Part shown: piece after piece, positions 1 to 13,500 of the stretch
How the letters are laid out: every line of letters begins with the position of its first letter
Position numbering within the stretch: the first letter of the stretch is position 1
Assembly (NCBI RefSeq): GCF_009914755.1
Contig: NC_060938.1
DNA length: 64,000 bases
Reading direction: 5' to 3' (one strand)
Source of the DNA: the human T2T-CHM13v2.0 reference genome, Homo sapiens
Translations under genes and position numbers: made by a program
Notes under the pieces: generated by a model
The model's database searches: none
The model's input: the letters and a program-made list of their open reading frames with translations, nothing else
Told to the model about the DNA's origin: nothing

Positions 1-1357
1 TTCCCTCCCTTTCTGTAAGCGGAGGAGTCTCTTCCCATGGCTACCACTGCCACAAGCCCAAGATGAGTATTGCCAGGCTATCGTTTATATTTGCTCAAGG
101 CCCAAGGGTTCTTCAGTCAGCTTGTGGTGAATGCTGCCAGGCTTGGGACTCACCCTTCAGGGAGGGAACTGGGCTCCTCTCTGGCCCAGGGCAGGTCCAG
201 AAATGCCATCCAGGAGCCATGGCCTGGAATCAGGGATCCCAGGAGCCCTCTGGGTGCTCTACTCCACTGTGGCTGAGCTGGTACCTAAGCTACAAGACAA
301 AGTCCCCTTTACTCTTCCCTCTGCTTTTCTCAAGCAAAAGGAATATCTCCTCATAGCCACTACAGCTGAGAACTTTCTGGGTCTCACTTGAAGCCAGCAC
401 ATCTCAGAGTGTTAACCAAGGCTTATGGTGAATACTACCTGGCTACCACTGCTGATTATTCAGGGCCCATGGGCTCTTTAGTCAGTAGGTGATGAGTTCT
501 GCCAGTATTGAGTCCTTCCTTTCAAGTCAGTGGGTTCCCTTCTGGCCCTGGGTATGTCTAGAAATGTCATTTGGGAGCTAGGCCCTGGAGTGAGTGCCTC
601 AGGACTCTGCCTGGTGTCCTATCCTACTAGCTGGTATCCAACTTGCAAGACAAAGTCCTCTTTATTCTTCCCTCTCCTCTTCTTACTTAGAAGAAAGAAG
701 CTCCCCTGGAGCTGTGAGCTGAGCTGCTGGGGTTGACAGAAGAGTAATGCAAGCACTCCCTTGGCTGCCCCAGCTGGTGTCTCACTAGGTTGCATGCCCT
801 CCATTCCACTGGCTCATAGCCCAGCACAGTATTAGAACTTGCCCAGGAATTGCAGCCTTTGTGTCCTAGATCACCTTTCAAGTTTATTTAGTACTCCAGA
901 GCATTTTGGCCCATGAGAGCAGGGCTTGCCTAAGCTCAATTTTGACCACTGGGGTGGGTAATTCCCTTCTGGCTAGGGCTGCCCTAAATGCTCCCTTCAT
1001 GGTTGTTGGCTGAGTTCTGCCAGGTGAGGTGTTGCTTTTGGCTGTGACAATATGAGTTCCAATGCAAAGTCCCACAATCACTGTGCTCTCTCTCCCCCAA
1101 GTGTGAAGATTCTCCATGCCACACCATTGTTGCTGGGGGGTGGGGGAGGGATGGTATCAGCTCTTCAAGACTCTCTTTCCTAACTCTTCATTGTCTCTTT
1201 CAGTGATATGAAGTTAAAACCAGGTACTGTGATCGCTCACCTGATTTTTTTGTTCTTATGAAGTTGCTTTTTTGTGTGTAGATAGTTGTTAAATTTGGTG
1301 TTCCTGTAGGGAGGATGATCAGTGGAGGCTCCTATTTGGCCATCTTGCTCTGTCTCT
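1..1357 (-). mobile_element. 5' end/5'UTR of an old L1 (L1M1/L1MA-type); element continues off the left edge
   Basis: Minus strand begins GAGACAGAGCAAGATGGCCAAATAGGAG, an L1 start motif with the CAAGATGGCC YY1 site. The body resembles the L1M1/L1MA 5'UTR and has an internal ~360-bp diverged duplication (96-321 vs 461-676). Confidence 0.8.
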
Positions 1358-2939
1358 TTCCTAAAATTTTTGACACCTGTGTTAGCATCAGACAACTTTC
1401 ATAGTTGGGAAGTTTTCCTTTATGTCTAACTTTGTTGTTTATTTTCTCCCCATTAAAATATTTAAGAAATCTAATGGAACCATCCTTGAACACAGTTTTC
1501 TTACAGCTTGGTCGTCAGTGTGGATTCAAGATTACTGATGATTTTCAATCAAATGGGGACAATACAGTTGAAAGGTCTTTGAAAAATATTAAGTGCTATA
1601 TAAATATAACCTATATTATTGTGATTCAGATTATATGACTAGTATTGCTATTTTTCTTCAAAATTTACTCTCTTATCCTATAGTCCTTTTTTATCTTTCT
1701 GTGTAGAATCTGTTTTTTTTCCCTTCTCAGAATTGATTAGAATATATCAGGATGAACAGTATTAGAACTCAAATCATTCATAAAACACTATGTGGCCCTC
1801 TCATCATCTGCTCTGGTCTTTTGGAGCTATTTCACATAATGTCAACCTAACAAACATAACTGGATTTCTTAGCAAGTGTGGATTACACCCTTAGGTATAT
1901 TACATTATCGAAATACTCTTATGGCTCTTGTCTTCTAAGACAGTATGGAAATAAATGCATAACAAACAAAAAATATGGTAAAATTTAGCAAATGAAAAAA
2001 ATGTAGTCCTTTGCTAAATCCGAGTTTGTTTTTCATTAGGGTAATTATGTGTGGGGTGAGGAGATGAGAGATGGCTTGGGAGAAGTTAAGGTGTAACTGA
2101 AATGAAAGATAAATTTCACTAAAGGAGATTAATACAGTTTAAATAGAGGAGGGAATAACCACTGGAGAGATGAGAGAGAATGCATGAATAGTGCCAGAAT
2201 ACAAACCATTATTGTCTCTAAGAGCAATCCTCCTTCCTAAGTTCCCTCATGACTTCTTATTTTTAAATCAGTTTATTATTCAGTTTTGAAATCAAAGATA
2301 TAACATAAAGGAAGTTTTCAATGAAATGGGATAATGTATGAGTCTTCGATTAGAAATGAAATGGCCAACATGTCATGCTGATATTACAGTTGCACTTCTT
2401 TTCTGTATAATTTATAATTTTTAAGTTGTTTAATAAAAGATTCACTTTTTAAAATGCAGTAAGAGAAAACACCTGACCTTCATTATTAAGCACATATTGA
2501 ATGTATTTTCCTGAAATTAATGCATCTGATGGATGACTTACTCCCCTACTCCATGGTAAAAGTTTATTTGCCCCACAACACATGATCATGCTTCAGGAGA
2601 AGGAAGCCACCTTGATTCCCAAGCCCTGAAAGAAATTGTTATTCTCTGAAGTTCTTAGAATCTGGGCTGATTCAGCAATCTCTGCTTCCAGAAAGGATGA
2701 GCAAGTAATCTACTGACCTCATTAAGTCAAATAATGCTTTTTCCTGGTTGATCTTTGGTGTTTTGAATTTGAAAACAAATTCTTGAAGTTCCAAACTGGG
2801 CCTAACTTCTGTACCACAGCCTTCTTTAATGTAATTCTTGGAAATGCCCATCTTATGTCTTGCCAGAGATTGAATTTTCTTGTGTGTGTTAGAAAAGTAA
2901 GCAAAAAACAGAGGCTCAGGGAATCCCAAGCATGGCAAA

Positions 2940-3031
2940 TTCTTCTTTAGAGTCTCACTCTGTCACCCAGGCTAGAGTGCAGTGGTATGTTCTCGGCTCA
3001 CTGCAACCTCCGCTTCCCAGGTTCAAGCCAT
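2940..3031 (-). mobile_element. Alu fragment (3' part of right arm)
   Basis: AGAGTCTCACTCTGTCACCCAGGCTAGAGTGCAGTGG...CTGCAACCTCCGCTTCCCAGGTTCAAG. Confidence 0.9.
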
Positions 3032-3182
3032 GAAGAGATGTTTTTAATTGAGTAATGATTATCCTTTCATCTTACTGAGTCCTGTTTGTTTGAATCCTTC
3101 TCTGTCTGTATCAGTTTGAAGGTGATCATCTACTAATATGCTGTTGGAGAATCCTGAGGGATGCCGGGTTTATTTGCCAAGT

Positions 3183-3210
3183 TTATTATTATTATTATTA
3201 TTATTATTTA
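3183..3210. repeat. (TTA)n microsatellite
   Basis: About 8 TTA units seen directly. Confidence 0.9.
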
Positions 3211-5020
3211 ATCTTTATATGTTACTGAGTCTTAGGGGTGTGAAAAAATAAAAGATTCAGGGACAAAATATTTTGAGAAGAAAGAGTAGTTTACTTGTAA
3301 AGTTTTGCAAGGAAGACTAGATTTCAGAAGAACTGGCTCCTCAAAGGATCATGGCTATTTAAGGCATAAAACCTTCAAAATTATTATCAAGGTCAGAGTT
3401 TGTCTACTCACAGTGGAAAGAAAAAGAGCTATTTCCTCACTTGGTTGTCCTTTCTGCAATATATCCATTGCAAAAGCATCAGGGGAAAGCTGTTTTTTTA
3501 GGGAGACAGTAACTTATTGGAAAGGGCTCAAGGTTTCCTCTATTATGGGGACTAGAGGTAGACATAGTGGCCTTGTTTTTGTCTTGGTTTTTGTTTCTGC
3601 TTTTTTCTCTCTCTGACTATGAGACATGATGTGATGTGCACACTTACTCAAAATGACAAGTCTGCTCTCTCATTGAAAACTAATCCTTTGCATAGTAGGC
3701 AGCAAAGCCCAATTCCTTTGAATTACTTAGACTGATACCTGAGAGGAATCTGTCTCCTTACCCAATTCCCATAGCTCCTTCATTTGCCTTAGGAACAGTA
3801 GTTTACTGTGACCTGACTTACCACATTGTGGTAACCAACCACTCCTATCTACTGGCATAGGTTTTCTTTCCTCTTACTGTGATTCTTCAGATACACAACA
3901 GCATCCCTGCTGGCTAAGCTTATGCTAACCATGCTAGAGAACAGGCTCATTTGGCTCAGCCCTTGACTATACACTATCTAACAAGATAAAATTATTTTAA
4001 AATTGATTTGTGAGAGAAGTTTCTTTCTTCAGCAAAATAAGTAAATATCTTCTGTAGGTGAGTAAATACGACCATTCATTTCCTAGTAAGTGAAATTGAT
4101 CAAATGAAAAGGTGAGGTGTTAATGGCTGTCTGGCATCAGATTGGTGACTGTTAGTGTTGCCACTGGTCAACCTGGAAAATAAGTGGTTAGAAAAAGGCT
4201 TATAGTCAACCACTGAGAATTTGCCACCATTGTCTCAAACACAAAGAAGACATTATGGTAGTTTCATCACTGTTGGTGAATTGCTCCAGGAAGCCTGTAG
4301 TTTAAAAATTATAAAGGATGTAAATTCTAGTCCATGATTGAAGAAGTGCTGCTGATGTGATTAAACAGTGTGAACGTGTTGCTTGGTAAGAAAGATTTGG
4401 AAAATACTTATTTCTGTCTAATCAAATGAATAATTAACTTTTGAATGAAATGATTAAAAATGTCACCCTATGACACCGGGAAAGAGAATTGGAATAGCAG
4501 TTATTACTCCAAAGTTGCTTTTGCATTATCTCACTCAAGTTTTTTTTTAGTGAAGCTTTAAGGTGTGAAACCCAAGCATCTAAAATAGCTCACCTCTTGA
4601 GTGTTCTTAGCCATAAGTCTTGGTATGGAAAATACAATGAAGCCTTTGGCAGTTTACCCTGCAGTATGTGTAGGAGTTGCTTTTAAACATACAATTGATC
4701 ATTTGTGCCTACAAAATTTCTTTCATATACACTTGCCTCTGTAAAAATGCATTTAACATTAATATATACATTCTAAGACTTTAATCTGGATTTTTGGTCT
4801 TAAGTCAAACTTGCAAAAGAAGAAAAGAAAGGCTGGAGGAGAGAGAAAAAGAGATAATTAGTTCTGGTTATGGGTGTGTTATGTTACTGCTACTGATTAA
4901 TAAAAGGAATAGATCTCCTTTCTTTCACTTATAAATTCCAAACAGCAATAGAAAATAGAATTAATAGATTTCAGTCTCATAAAAATCAGGCACCATCTGT
5001 AGGATTTAGGAGGGACTTAC

Positions 5021-5143
5021 CAGAGTGAAGCTGCCAATATTGAATGGTGAATGAGTACTGAATCGAAATTTGCAAATGGAAGATTTATGTATTGTAGGTG
5101 ATGTAAAAACCGAAACTATGAAATTTTGAAGCTCTTCCAATGA
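5021..5143 (-). other. Candidate spliced exon (123 bp) of an unidentified transcript
   Basis: Minus strand: acceptor CCCTTCTTTTCTGGCTTCCCTCCATTCTAG| and donor CTG|GTAAGT. Length is divisible by 3 and the phase-0 frame is open (SLEELQNFIVSVFTSPTIHKSSICKFRFSTHSPFNIGSFTL). No homolog recognised. Confidence 0.4.
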
Positions 5144-5304
5144 CTAGAATGGAGGGAAGCCAGAAAAGAAGGGTAATTAATGTTCCTAAGCGCAAGGTCT
5201 CATGAATAGAATCAGCCTTTGCTTTATGATTCAAAAATTCTGTGGTAATCAGCAACTGTCATCAATGAAATTAGACCTTATGTCTATCTTACCTAATCAA
5301 CCTA

Positions 5305-5430
5305 CCCATTAGTGTGCTCACTGAATGTTTATTAAGCATGTGTTATGTGCAGCACCACTGCTGAGTACTGAAATGTCAAATATGGCTAAGACATATTTGC
5401 TACTTACAAGAAATTCCTTGTGCAAGGTGA
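5305..5430 (-). mobile_element. L2 3'-end fragment
   Basis: TGAATGTTTATTAAGCATGTGTTATGTGCAGCACCACTGCTGAGTACTG resembles the L2 3' terminus in reverse. Confidence 0.55.
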
Positions 5431-6946
5431 TATGATGAGGATTTCTGGTTTTATATTTAGTTAGGAAAGTAGTTTACTCATTCCCATTGTTAAATGGATT
5501 TTCTAACTTTGACAAAAAACTGCAAAGCCTAACTTTGGGGTTGGTCTACTCCAGTGGGTAATGATGCATTTACTCAGTGGCCTCATAACTTTTGCACTTT
5601 TTGACTGCAATCCAGGACACAGAAGCTTGCTCCTGCTGAAAATGTGGCTTCGGAAAGCTTGGCATCCTGGAACTGGGCTGTATCTAGCTTTATATATGTA
5701 GTATAATTGCCATTCAAGTGTATGTTATTGTCAACAAAAATAAATCTGTGCTATCAACACCAAGACAGCAGGTACCAAAACACAGAAAGACTCCTTTTCA
5801 ATGAGTATACCCTGGGAAAGGTGGGAGGCCACAGAACCAGTTGGGAACAGAAGGACAAGGCAAGCTAGTAGGGTATCAATGCCTGGTGTCATCAAGCGTG
5901 AGAGCTGGTCTAATGCAAAAGCTAAGCATTTATGTGCCACTCAGTATAACGCATACTGCTTCTTGGATGAGATCTAATTGAAAATGTTAACATCTGTTGC
6001 AAGCATGTGCTAGCAGGAAATAAGGCTTCCAACCATGGAATCTTAAAGAAGAGAGAGGCAAATGGTAAGTGTCCTGAGGCTTGACCCATGAACACGAATG
6101 CCTCATCCATAGGGTGCAGCCCTAGGGTTAAGGATGCCTCAGTCCAGCATGTCTCAATGATGGTGAACTGAGGGTGTTGTCTGGTGGCTGGCCTTTGTTA
6201 TATGGTCACTAGCCCTCCATGTCTTGGAGCTCTAGGCAGAGGCTCTTTTCTTCATAATGCCATAATGCTAATGGTTCTGGGCCATCTGGCCATTAGGTGA
6301 ACATCCTCAGAGCTTGGCTACAGCTCCTACTTTTCACCTGAGTCACAGCCTTCTCCCACTTTTCAAGTCTACTTTCTAGTGCCAAGTTTTCCCCTAAGAT
6401 TTTTTTTTCTCTCAGATTCTCTTTTGCCATGTTATCTGACTGTCCAAACACCTACCTGCCTGAAATCACTTTATACATCAGGTGGGACATTAATGACTTC
6501 TGTCATTCACACTGCTGCCAATTTACCACCAACTTTCCATGGGTGAAACATGGCTTCATTTCCCTTCCTTTCCCACTGACTTTGGCTGAAAGATGTGATG
6601 TGGTCACATTTCATGTTAATTGACTGGATGCTCCACAGGGGAGCATCTACTCCATGTGGGGAGTAGAGATGCCCAGGCAAGGTACCTCTTAAACATCTTT
6701 TTTTCTTTATATTTTAAAATTACAATGCAGAAATATATAAAAGTATATAGTATATAAAGCATATCAAATATGAAATGAAAATTCTCCCCTTTTGTAACAT
6801 TTTTCATATTCCACAGAGGTATTCACAGCTGTTTGGCAGGCACACTTGAACCTCTTCACAGCCCTGCAGATGACATATGTGTACATACATCTATAACTGA
6901 GCAGGTTTCCTAATAAGTCCCCACCTGTTATCAATGAATTTTTTAA

Positions 6947-7295
<349 letters not shown>

Positions 7296-7327
7296 GCGTA
7301 ACAGTTCTCAACTTTTAAAGAATATGA

Positions 7328-7792
<465 letters not shown>

Positions 7793-8499
7793 CCTTATTT
7801 TATTCTAGACTTTAAAATTAAAAACAATGTCAGTGGTGACCTCCTGGATTGACTTTATGACTGATTAATTGATCATGATCTACAGTTTTAAAAATACCAA
7901 TTTAAACAGTTCATTTTGGAGCTTGTGTTTTTGGATAATTTCTCAGTTTCTGATTTCTAAATCCCTCCCTGCTTTTTTTTTTTTTTCCGACATCTGAGTG
8001 TATGGGGGTGCCTCCCAGGACTTCAGAGTGGTGGAATGTAGCAGTCCCATAGCTCCTATCTGCATATATAATTGCTGTGTATTATGCTTGTGTGAGTATT
8101 TTTATAGGCTGTGTATTACTCAAGGTGTAAATGCTGGACCAAAGCATATATGCCTCAGACATTTTAATTTGTGTTGCCAGATTGCTTTCCTAGAAATCAT
8201 CCATACATGTTTTAGAACACATAAATGCATGTGGGGAGTAGAGATGCCCAGGTAATAATAACAGAGCATTAAGGCAATTCTCATTCACTCTCGGTGTCTA
8301 ACCAATCCACAGGTATTTTGAAATGTCTCTAATATACACATCACTATGAAATAAAAATAAAAGGAGATATATCCCTACTGCTTCAGGAAGTTGCACGCTA
8401 ACAACCTCCTAAGTGGCTTTCTGCATCTGTGGACAAGGCCCTCATTCTTCAATCTGGTGTTAAAGACTCTTTCCCAATTGTGATTTTACGTTTTTATCT

Positions 8500-9390
8500 T
8501 TAACTTCCTCTACATTTTACCAGGTTCCCATGCCAACCATCCTATACCACTAAATGCCTGCATTCTTTGTTGTATAGTTTTCCCAGCCTAGAATGTCCTT
8601 TTTATCCTTCTCTGCCTATTTACATTTTAAATCCTGCTTGTTTGCTAAGCCCCAGTTCAAATCCATCTCTGCAGAGGCCTTTGGAACCCCACTCTAGGCA
8701 TACAGAAGCAACAGCCTTTGTTGGGGTTTCCACAGCAGTTTGCTTTTATAGCCCTTATTTAATATTCCTTAGTATTATAACTGGGTGTTTATTTTCCCTA
8801 ATATGATAAAATTCACATACCTTACTCTGGTCTATGAGTCTCTGTGTGATAGGCCTGCTTAATTCTTCTCCATTCATTTATGCCACTCCCTTTTGGCCAT
8901 CTACTCACCCATGAGCCCTCCTGATGCTCCTGAAACATGCCAGCCTCATCCCATCGTGGGGAACACTCTTCCTCAGACCTCTGCATGACTGGCTGTTTTT
9001 CTTCATTTATGGGCTAACTCATTTTCTCAGAGAGGCCTTTCTAGGCTGGCTACCTAATCTAAAGTAGCCACCCAATCACTCTGCTGTACACCTATTTTTA
9101 TGGCACCTATTACTACCTAATTTTCTTTGTCCATTGTCTACCTAGCTTCACTATAATGTAAGCTCCATGGGAGCCAGAATAGTTTTTGTTTTATTCAGAG
9201 ATGTGTCCTCATGATCCAGAACAGTGTCTGGAACAGAGTAGGTGCTTATTAAATGGTTGTTGGATTAATACAATGAATGGAGTAGGTATTCCTTAATAGA
9301 AGGACCTATGCTGATCTTTGAATCTCTACAGTTCTGAACACAGTAGCTTGAACATAATCAGAGCTCAAATAATGTTACAGACTAAATTAA
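8500..9390 (+). mobile_element. L2 fragments (two 3' ends, probably one L2 nested in another)
   Basis: L2 3' termini AACAGTGTCTGGAACAGAGTAGGTGCTTATTAAATGGTTGTTGGAT (~9220-9280) and CACAGTAGCTTGAACATAATCAGAGCTCAAATAATG (~9340-9380). Confidence 0.7.
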
Positions 9391-10239
9391 TACATCTTAT
9401 ATGAGAGTAAAGAAGTGAAAAATAAACAGTGGTAATCTCAGAATCCTTCATAAAATGAGTGGCTATTTTATATAATGTAAATGAATATATAGTACTATTT
9501 TCTGAAACAAGAAGCCAAATGTTAATTTAATATCTACTATATGCAAAGCACTTTAAATTGTATTACATAATTTAATTTTCTGAGCAATTCTATGTGTTAT
9601 TATACTCTGGTATATGGTCTAACTGCCTATTCCATGCTATTTCATTATATACATGTCAATAATGTTATAAAAATCTTTGGAAATTAAAGAAATATAGTGC
9701 TGAAAATCACTGTCTTTGAGCTGGTTGGTGCAACTTTTATAATTTTTCCATCAAATATTGTTTTCTCTTCAGAGTGAAATGGTTTCTTATTTGTTGATGC
9801 TGATAATCAAAGAAAAGAGCAAGTCTTGATCCAGTCTGATGGACACCCCTCATGTGTCTGTCAGTGTGTTCCACTGATGTGTCCATTCTTAGAACAGAAT
9901 TTTGTAATCTCATGTCTCTCAAAATGACTTTAATGTGGTTTTTAAGTAAGCACTCATTTTCTTTTTTAATGGTAGTATGAGGTAATATTTTTAAGGGATA
10001 AATGACGATGTGGAGAAATGTTTACTTTTGTTGTGTGTCACACGTTCAATGTCTAATTTGTTCATTTTTGGTCCTTGGTAGATGACCGCCACTCAGGCAG
10101 GAAGCTCAGGACCCCACAGCCACTACAGGGCATGTTCATTGGTCCTATAGCTCAAACACTTGGGATGTAGCCTCATGTTGTGCATAGCAAAGGTCCCAGT
10201 TCAGTCCCTAAGCATTTTTTTTTTTTTGGTTTTACAACT

Positions 10240-10440
10240 TGATAAAATTTTTGGAACTATCATTTAATAGTCAAGAGATTTCTCTCTCTTACACACATGC
10301 ACACACACACACACCTACCTGGTTTCTCTTGAAAAATTAAAATATGCAGCAACATTAACTCGCATTCTATGTGGTAATAATTAAGAGCTGAGCCACAGCT
10401 GTTCATTTTAGATGGAACTTGCACCCTCTCCTTGGTTTAC
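10240..10440. mobile_element. L1MC-type 3'UTR fragment with an internal (CA)n
   Basis: GGTTTCTCTTGAAAAATTAAAATATGCAGCAACA...GAGCTGAGCCACAGCTG resembles the recalled L1MC4/5 3' region. Confidence 0.45.
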
Positions 10441-10581
10441 TACTGCTTTACCATTCTTGCATGATCTGGACAGGCTTGTTCATTATTCTACTGCTTGGTT
10501 CTCAATCCTGGACTCATGTTTGAGTCACGTGGCAACTTTTTATAATGCTGGGACCCAAAATTAGAGATTTGACTAATTTAC

Positions 10582-13500
10582 TATATTAGGCTGTTCTCAC
10601 ATTGTTGTAAAGAAATGCTTAAGGATCGGTAATTTATGAATAAAAGAAGCTTAATTGGCTCACTGTTCTGTAGGCCATACAGGAAGCATGGTGCCAGTGT
10701 CTGCTTGCCCTTTGGTGAGGCCCCAGGAAGCTTTTACTCATTGCAGAAGGCAAAGTGGGAGCAGACACATCACGTGGCTAGAGCAGGAGCAAGAGAGGAT
10801 TGGGGGGAGGTGCCACACACTTTTAAACACCAGATCTCATGAGAACTCACTGACTATTGTGAGAATAGCACCAAGCCATGAGGGATCCATCCCATGACTC
10901 AAACGCTCCCACCGTGTCCCACCTCCACCACTGGGGATTAAATTTCAACATGAGATTTAGAGAAAACACATATTCAAACTATATCATTCTGCCCCTGGTC
11001 CCTTAAATCACATGTTCCTCTCACATTAAAAAGTACAATCATCCCCTGCCAATAGTCTCCCAAAGTCTTAACTTGTTCCAACATTAACTCAAAAGTCCCA
11101 AGTCCCAAGTCCAAAGACTCATCTGGAGATAAATTCCTTCCACCTATGAGCCTGTAAAATCAAAACAAGTTATTTACTCCCAAGATACAATGGGAGTACA
11201 GGCACTACATCAATATTCTTGTTCCAAAAGGGATAAATTGGCCAAAAGAAAGGGGCTACAGGCCTCATGTAAGTCTGAAACCCAGTAGGGGAGTCATTAA
11301 ATCTTAAAGCTCCAAAATAATCTCCGTCGACACCATGTTCCACATCCAAGGCACACTCGTGTGAAGGGTGGGCTTTCAAGGTCTTGGGCAGTTCTGCTTC
11401 TGTGGCTTCACAGGTTCCAGACCCTGGAGCTGCCTTCATGGGCTGCAGTTGAGTGCCTACAGCTTTTCCAGGTGCAGGATGAAAACTGCTGGTGGAGCTA
11501 CCATTCTGGGGTCTGGGGGATGGTGGCCCCCTCCCCACAGACCACTAGGACTGCCTCAGAACTCTGTATGGGGCCTTGAACTCCATATTTTCCTTCCACA
11601 CTGCCTGAGTAGAGGTTCTCTTTGAGGCCTCTACCCCCACAGCAGGCTTCTGTCTGGGCAGCCAGGCTTTCTAATATCTAGTTGGAGGCTATGAAGCCTC
11701 CTTCACTCTGGCACTCTGCATGCCTGTGGGCTTAATACCACATGAAGCCACCAAAGCTTATGGCTTGTGCCCTCCAGAGCAGTGGCCTGAACTATACCTG
11801 GGGCCCTTTGAGCCACAGCTGGAGCTGAGTGGCCAGGACAAGAGAAACAGCCTTCTGAAGTGGCACAGGGCAGTGATGCCTCAGGGCTGGCCCATGAAGC
11901 CATTCAGTCCTCCTGGGTCTCTGGGCCTGTGATGGGAGGGGCTAACTTGAAGATACCATTGTCTTGGCTGTCAGCACCTGGCTCTTTTTTTAGTCATGCA
12001 AATCTCTCTAACAAGTGGCTACTCTCCAGCCTGCTTGGATTATTCCCCTGAAAAAGCTTTTTCTTTCTTTGCCACATAGCCAGGCTGCAAATTTTCGAAA
12101 CTTTTATGCTCTGCTTCTCTTTTAATGATAAATTCCAACTTTAAGTTATTTATTCACTCTCACATTTGAATGTAGGCTGTTAGAGGCAGCCAGGCTACAT
12201 CCTGAATGCTTTGCTGCTTAGAAATTTCTTCTGTTGACAAAAAGAGTCGAACTCTGTAAAATATTTGAAGAGATTTATTCTAAGCCAAATATGAGTGACG
12301 ATGGCCCATGACACAACCCTCAGGAGGTCCTGAGAACATGTGCCCAATGTGTTCAGGACACAGCTTGGTTTTATACATTTTAGAGAGGCATGAGACATCA
12401 ATCAAATACATTTAAGAAATACATTGGTTTGGTCCAGGAAGGTGGAACGATTCAAAGCAGGGGTGCTTCCAGGCTATGGGTAAATTTAAACATTTTCTGG
12501 GTGACAATTGGTTGAGTTTGTCTAAAGATCTAGGATTGATAGGAAGGGGATGTTCAGGTTAAGATAAAGACTGTGGAGACCAAAGTTCTTTTGAAGTCTT
12601 ATAGTGGCTGCCCTTAGAGACAATAGATGACAAATGTTTCCTATTGAGTTCTTAGTTAATCTCTTTAGGATTGGGAGGATTTGTAAGAAAAAGATCTAGC
12701 TATGTTAATAGAGATTTTTACATATGCAAATTTCCCCCCACAAAGAATAGCTTTGTAGGGCCATTTCAAAATATGGTAAAGAAACATGTTTTGGGGTAAA
12801 ATATTTTGATTTTCTTCCTTGTCTCGTAATGTTATGCCAGAGTCAGGTTGGAAAGTAAATCATGATATACAGGGTTAAATAAAACCCATCTGATAAGAAA
12901 TTATGATTTGTAGGGCATGACTCCCTAGACCCCTTAGATAGGAATTTGGGCAAGATAAAAAAATCAGAGTTTGGTCCTTACTTTCATCAGATATACTAAA
13001 TCACCACTCTTAAGTTAAAATTTCCACAGAGCTCTAGGGCATGAGCACAATGAAGCCAAGTTCTTTGCTGAGGCATAACACAGGTGACCTTTGCAGTTCC
13101 CAATAAGTTCCTCATTTCTGTCTGAGACCTCCTCAACTCAGGCTTCACTGTCCATATTACTATGAGCATTTTGGTCACAATTGTTTAACCAGTCTCTAAG
13201 AAGTTCCAAACTTTCCCTCATTTTCCTGTCTTCTTCTGAGCCCTCCAAGCTTCCAAGCTCTTTCAACCTCTGCCCATTACCCAGTTCCAAAGTTGCTTCC
13301 ACATTTTCAGGTATCTCTATAGCAATGTGCCCCTCCTTGGTACCAATTTTATTAGGCTGTTCTTGCATTGCTATATGGAAATACTTGATGCTGGGTAATT
13401 TATAAAGCAAAGAAATTTAATTGACTCATGGTTTTGTAGGCTCTACAGGAAGCATGGTACTGACATTGGCTAAGCCCCTGGTGAGGACTCAGGAAGTTTT

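Noticed and set aside
3240-3620. Possible old LTR and 103-aa ORF
   Set aside because: Could not match a family or termini with confidence; ORF has no recognisable homology.
9772-9950. Acceptor TTGTTTTCTCTTCAG followed by protein-like text
   Set aside because: Stops in all frames from the acceptor and only a weak donor; indistinguishable from chance.
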